A stretch of DNA of 20,014 nt, from the NCBI GenBank assembly GCA_032128375.1, contig JAQBGU010000028.1, forward strand, positions 1 to 20,014, read 5' to 3'. Source of the DNA: Deltaproteobacteria bacterium (GTDB lineage: Bacteria; Myxococcota_A; UBA9160; SMWR01). Below, in pieces: positions 16,609 to 20,014 of this stretch (position 1 is the first letter of the stretch; every line of letters starts with the position of its first letter). Made by a program: the position numbers and the translations under genes. The notes under the pieces were generated by a model. It was not told where the DNA came from and searched no databases. It saw only the letters and a list, made by a program, of their open reading frames with translations.

Positions 16609-18435
16609 TCACTCCACCGTCACGCTCTTTGCCAGGTTGCGCGGCTGGTCGACATCGCGCCCAAGCGCGACCGCCGTGTGGTAGGCGAGCAATTGCAGCG
16701 GAATCGATAGCAGCACCGGATCGAGCACAGGTTCGGATTTCGGAACCTCGATCACCGCGTCCGCCAGTTCTGCGATGCGTGTGTCTCCGGCGTGTGTTAC
16801 CGCGATTACCGGGCCTCGACGCGCGCGAATTTCTTCGATGGTGGACAGCGACTTCTCCAGCAGATCATCGTGCGGAATCATCGCCACAGTCGGTGTTTCG
16901 GGCGATACCAAGGCCAGGGGGCCGTGCTTGAGCTCCGACGCGGGATAGGCCTCAGCGTGCACGTACGAAATTTCCTTCATCTTCTGCGCTCCCTCGAGCG
17001 CAATCGGATAGCTGCCGGCCCGTCCGATATAGAATGCACTGTGGCTTCGTGCGAGATGCGCGATCGCGATGTCTTTGATGACATCGCTCTGATCCAGGAT
17101 CAGTTGGATCTGTTCGGGCAGCGCAGCCAGCGCGTCACACAAACGGCGCCCCTCGCCCGGTGACACGTCCCGGATACGGCCGAGGTTCAGCGCGAAAAGC
17201 GCGAACGCCAACAAGCTGCAGGTGAAGGTCTTCGTCGAGGCCACCGAAACTTCCGGGCCTGCGTGAACGTAGATGCCGCCGTCGCACTGGCGCGCGATCG
17301 TACTGCCGACTGCATTGATGACGCCTAGCACCCGCCCGCCTTTTCGCTGAACCTCCTGGGCGGCCGCCAAGGTGTCGAAAGTCTCGCCCGATTGACTCAC
17401 GGCCAGGTACAGCACGTCCTTTTCGATCACCGGGTTGCGGTAGCGAAACTCGGCAGCCGGTTCGGCGTCACATGGAATTCGTGTCAGAGTCTCGATCATG
17501 TTCGCTCCGGCCATTCCTGCGTAGTAGGCAGAACCACATCCGAGGATCTTGATTCTTCTGATATCCAGCAGCTCCCGCGGCTGCAGGTCGAGACCGCCGA
17601 GGTGGGCGGTATTGAATTGACGATCGATCCGGCCGCGCAGCGTGCGCTCGCAGGCCTCGGGTTGGGCGTGAATTTCCTTCAGCAGATAGTGGGCGAAGCC
17701 GCCTTTTTCGTAGACCTCCTGCTCCGCAGAGACTGTCAGCGGCTGCTTTTCAGTCGGCTGGTCGTCGAGCGTCAGCGTGCGGAATCCACCCGATTCGAGT
17801 ACGGCGATCTCGCGATCGTCGAGGTGGACGACCTGACGCGTGTGGCGCACGAGCGCCGATACATCCGACGCAACGAACATCTCGCGCTCGCCGATGCCGA
17901 GGATCACCGGGCTGCCGTTGCGCGCGACGACGAGGCGATCGGATTGGTCGCGATCGACGACCGCGATCCCGTAGGTGCCACGCACGGCCAAGAGTGCCTG
18001 TCTGACCCGCTGCTCGAGCGCATCCTCGTTCGACGCGGCGATCAAATGTGCGAGCACTTCAGTGTCGGTCTCCGAAGCAAACTCGTGTCCTTCAGCCTCG
18101 AGCCGCGCGCGCAGCTGCGGAGCATTCTCGATGATTCCGTTGTGGATCACCGCGATTCGACCGCTGGGGTCACAATGGGGGTGCGCGTTTGCTTCGGTCG
18201 GTTCACCGTGAGTCGCCCAGCGCGTGTGCCCGATGCCCAGCGTGCCGGCCAGGCGTTTCGGCAACAGCTTCTCGAGCTGAGTCAGTTTGCCAGCTGCCTT
18301 GTAGACCTTCAGCCCGCTGCGGCTCACCAACGCGAGGCCCGATGAGTCGTAGCCCCGATACTCGAGCCGACGCAGGCCGCTCATCAAGATGGGACCGGCG
18401 GGTTGCTTGCCGATATAGCCAATGATTCCGCACAT
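16609..18435 (-). CDS. glmS: Glutamine--fructose-6-phosphate transaminase (isomerizing)
   Basis: 608 aa. MCGIIGY (Cys1), LEYRGYDSSG, GHTRWATHG, HNGIIEN, SQSGET, VASTK, ELKHGP, C-terminal DQPRNLAKSVTVE. RBS AGGAG. Confidence 0.99.
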   Translation of the reverse strand: MCGIIGYIGKQPAGPILMSGLRRLEYRGYDSSGLALVSRSGLKVYKAAGKLTQLEKLLPKRLAGTLGIGHTRWATHGEPTEANAHPHCDPSGRIAVIHNGIIENAPQLRARLEAEGHEFASETDTEVLAHLIAASNEDALEQRVRQALLAVRGTYGIAVVDRDQSDRLVVARNGSPVILGIGEREMFVASDVSALVRHTRQVVHLDDREIAVLESGGFRTLTLDDQPTEKQPLTVSAEQEVYEKGGFAHYLLKEIHAQPEACERTLRGRIDRQFNTAHLGGLDLQPRELLDIRRIKILGCGSAYYAGMAGANMIETLTRIPCDAEPAAEFRYRNPVIEKDVLYLAVSQSGETFDTLAAAQEVQRKGGRVLGVINAVGSTIARQCDGGIYVHAGPEVSVASTKTFTCSLLAFALFALNLGRIRDVSPGEGRRLCDALAALPEQIQLILDQSDVIKDIAIAHLARSHSAFYIGRAGSYPIALEGAQKMKEISYVHAEAYPASELKHGPLALVSPETPTVAMIPHDDLLEKSLSTIEEIRARRGPVIAVTHAGDTRIAELADAVIEVPKSEPVLDPVLLSIPLQLLAYHTAVALGRDVDQPRNLAKSVTVE

Positions 18436-18484
18436 GAGGTTCGCTCCTGGGTATTCGAGTGGTGTTTTCGGTTCGGTACCAGCG

Positions 18485-18757
18485 TCAGCCGTACACGAGC
18501 CGCCGGATCTGCCGCTCTGACAGCGGAGGTGCTGTGAAGCGCCGATTGCCGAGTTCGCTCGCGAGCCGCCGGAAGATCTCAGCGTTCGCGCAACCTTCTC
18601 GCTGCAGCTCGGCGTGCCGCCGAGTGATGAACTCAGCCGGGGATTCCGACAGATGCGCGAGCACTTCTTCCACGACCCGGCGGGCCTCGAACGGCGCCAG
18701 CCGGGTCATGCCGCACAGGTGCTCGACCAATTCGGTCAGCTCTTCAGCATCGCCCAT
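18485..18757 (-). CDS. Small helical hypothetical protein upstream of glmS
   Basis: About 90 aa, MGDAEELTELVEHL...EFITRRHAELQREG..NAEIFRRLASEL..RRF.APPLSERQIRRLVYG*. Start is ATG 18757 or 18775. Ends 49 bp before glmS on the same strand. Confidence 0.8.
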   Translation of the reverse strand: MGDAEELTELVEHLCGMTRLAPFEARRVVEEVLAHLSESPAEFITRRHAELQREGCANAEIFRRLASELGNRRFTAPPLSERQIRRLVYG

Positions 18758-18795
18758 GGCTGTATAGAGCGGCATATCGGTACGAAAGTCCATAA

Positions 18796-18817
18796 TTTTA
18801 CCCGAAATCGGGCAAAA
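18796..18817. promoter_or_regulatory. 22-bp imperfect palindrome (putative operator) overlapping a probable promoter for the small ORF-glmS unit
   Basis: TTTTACCCGA-AA-TCGGGCAAAA in an AT-rich patch. The minus strand reads TTGCCC-17 bp-TGGACT and has two TAAAAT hexamers nearby. Confidence 0.6.
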
Positions 18818-18836
18818 AAGTGATTTTATGAATCGA

Positions 18837-19570
18837 TCAGCTCCCCAGTGCAGCGCTATCGATATCGTCCGGTTCCGCACGTAACACCGCCGCCGCCATC
18901 GCAGGCTCGCATCTCGCCACGTCCTCGCACGTCATAGATGTGAATTCTCGGTACAAAGCGAGATAGGCGTCCGTCATTGCTCTGCGCGCCTGGCGGATGG
19001 TTGCTGTCGTCTGATCCGACCTGCGCTGATAACCGATCAGCATCAACGTGCGCGCGACATCGGCTGCGGCAGGCGCGCCGCTCGAATCGAGGATGACAGC
19101 CCCACTAGCGGAGACCACGACGTTGCCGGGATGAAAGTCTCCATGACACAGGACTTCGCCGTCCGGCATCCGATCGATTCGCGCAAGACTCGCACGGCGC
19201 TCTTCCTGGTCGCGCCCGGGCGCCGATTCGGCCTGAGCGCACAACGTAGGAAGCCCCACGGCCGGGGTTTCGTGAACCGACGCGTGTTACTGGGCCAGCA
19301 CGCGGGCGACAGTGGCCACTCGGATCTCGCCCACATGCGACATCAGCGTGGCTCCGTCGACGCGCGAGTAAATGCAGCCCCGGCGGCTGTCGACCTCGAC
19401 GATCTCGAAAATTTCCGGCTAGGAGACCCCACAAGCGTGCGCGGCCCGCGAGCGCTCGGCTTCGATTTCGACAGCGTACTGGAATTGCTGTCGGAACCGT
19501 TTCAAGACACGATCCGTTTCCCAGCGGAACATCTCACAAGTGGCTCCGGCCCCGATTCGTTCTCCGTTCT
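18837..19570 (-). pseudogene. APH-family phosphotransferase pseudogene
   Basis: One frame reads GERIGAGATCEMF...HACGVS*PEIFEIVEVDSRRGCIYSRVDGATL...VLAQ*HASVHE...LCHGDFHPGNVV...ILDSSGAPAAADVART, with TAG at 19419-19421 and TAA at 19287-19289. The usual IDW motif is damaged. No clear start codon. Confidence 0.85.
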
Positions 19571-19642
19571 CGGTTGCGGTCGTCCTTGTCGTGGTAATCT
19601 CATCGCTTGACCTCGGGCCTGCCCAGGCAAAAGGAATCCCCC

Positions 19643-20014
19643 ATGAAGACAGCCATCGGCATCGGAGGCGCGGCCTCGGGTCAGAAGGGCGACTTCGAGA
19701 AAATGTTCTCGTTCGCCGTCGAGGCAGAAAAGCTCGGGGTCGACCAGGCGTGGAGCGCGGAAGCCTGGGGATACGACGCAATCTCGACACTCGCCTACCT
19801 CGCTGCGCGTACCCAGACGATGACGCTCGGCACCGGCATCATGCAGATCAGTGGGCGCACTCCCAGCATGACGGCGATGACCGCGCTGTCGATGGCGGCC
19901 ATCACCGGCGATCGCTTCATCCTCGGCCTCGGTGCCTCGGGCCCGCAGGTGGTCGAGGGGCTGCAGGGACAGAGTTTCCGCAAGCCCTTGGGACGCATGC
20001 GCGAGACCATCGAG
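19643..20014 (+). CDS. LLM-class F420-dependent oxidoreductase (Rv3520c-like), 5' partial
   Basis: Not in the ORF track. ATG 19643 after AAGGA: MKTAIGIGG...AEKLGVDQAWSAEAWGYDA...LGTGIMQISGRTP...RFILGLGASGPQVVEGLQG...RMRETIE, open to the window edge. Confidence 0.9.
   Translation, partial: MKTAIGIGGAASGQKGDFEKMFSFAVEAEKLGVDQAWSAEAWGYDAISTLAYLAARTQTMTLGTGIMQISGRTPSMTAMTALSMAAITGDRFILGLGASGPQVVEGLQGQSFRKPLGRMRETIE

Noticed and set aside
16570..16645. Tn7-like element at attTn7 downstream of glmS
   Set aside because: The glmS 3' end (PRNLAKSVTVE) is present, but only 7 bp separate it from the convergent intact TMEM220-like gene. No transposon end or tns genes are visible, so the site looks empty.
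18436..18484. glmS ribozyme in the glmS leader
   Set aside because: Only 49 bp lie between the upstream ORF and glmS, too short for the ribozyme, and no recognisable core is present.
19419..19421. Pyrrolysine or readthrough recoding of the in-frame TAG
   Set aside because: A second stop (TAA) and a damaged catalytic motif in the same gene point to pseudogenisation.

Overview
GC-rich bacterial window, probably from a diderm organism (it opens with an outer-membrane beta-barrel C-terminus), dominated by accessory catabolic genes. The centrepiece is a tightly coupled minus-strand operon (8126->2699): CMD/AhpD-like protein, ornithine cyclodeaminase/mu-crystallin protein, gentisate-dioxygenase-like bicupin, HpaI-type DapA-family aldolase, and alpha and beta subunits of a salicylate 5-hydroxylase/anthranilate dioxygenase-like Rieske oxygenase. 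It has no ferredoxin or reductase gene. An APH-family phosphotransferase and a beta-rich hypothetical protein follow on the same strand. The divergent plus-strand run encodes an alpha/beta hydrolase, a WrbA-like flavoprotein, a single-domain globin, a TetR remnant, an FAH-family hydrolase, a THT-oxygenase-like VOC dioxygenase, a GT1 glycosyltransferase, an exported esterase, a UDG-family protein, a DUF2867-like protein and a TMEM220-like protein. It converges on glmS, which follows a small ORF and a 22-bp palindrome rather than glmU. The window ends with a phosphotransferase pseudogene (two in-frame stops) and the 5' part of an F420-dependent LLM oxidoreductase. Several 3'-end gene remnants and two short tandem repeats overlapping stop codons indicate a rearranged, decaying region. 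All calls come from motif recognition by eye; no searches were run.
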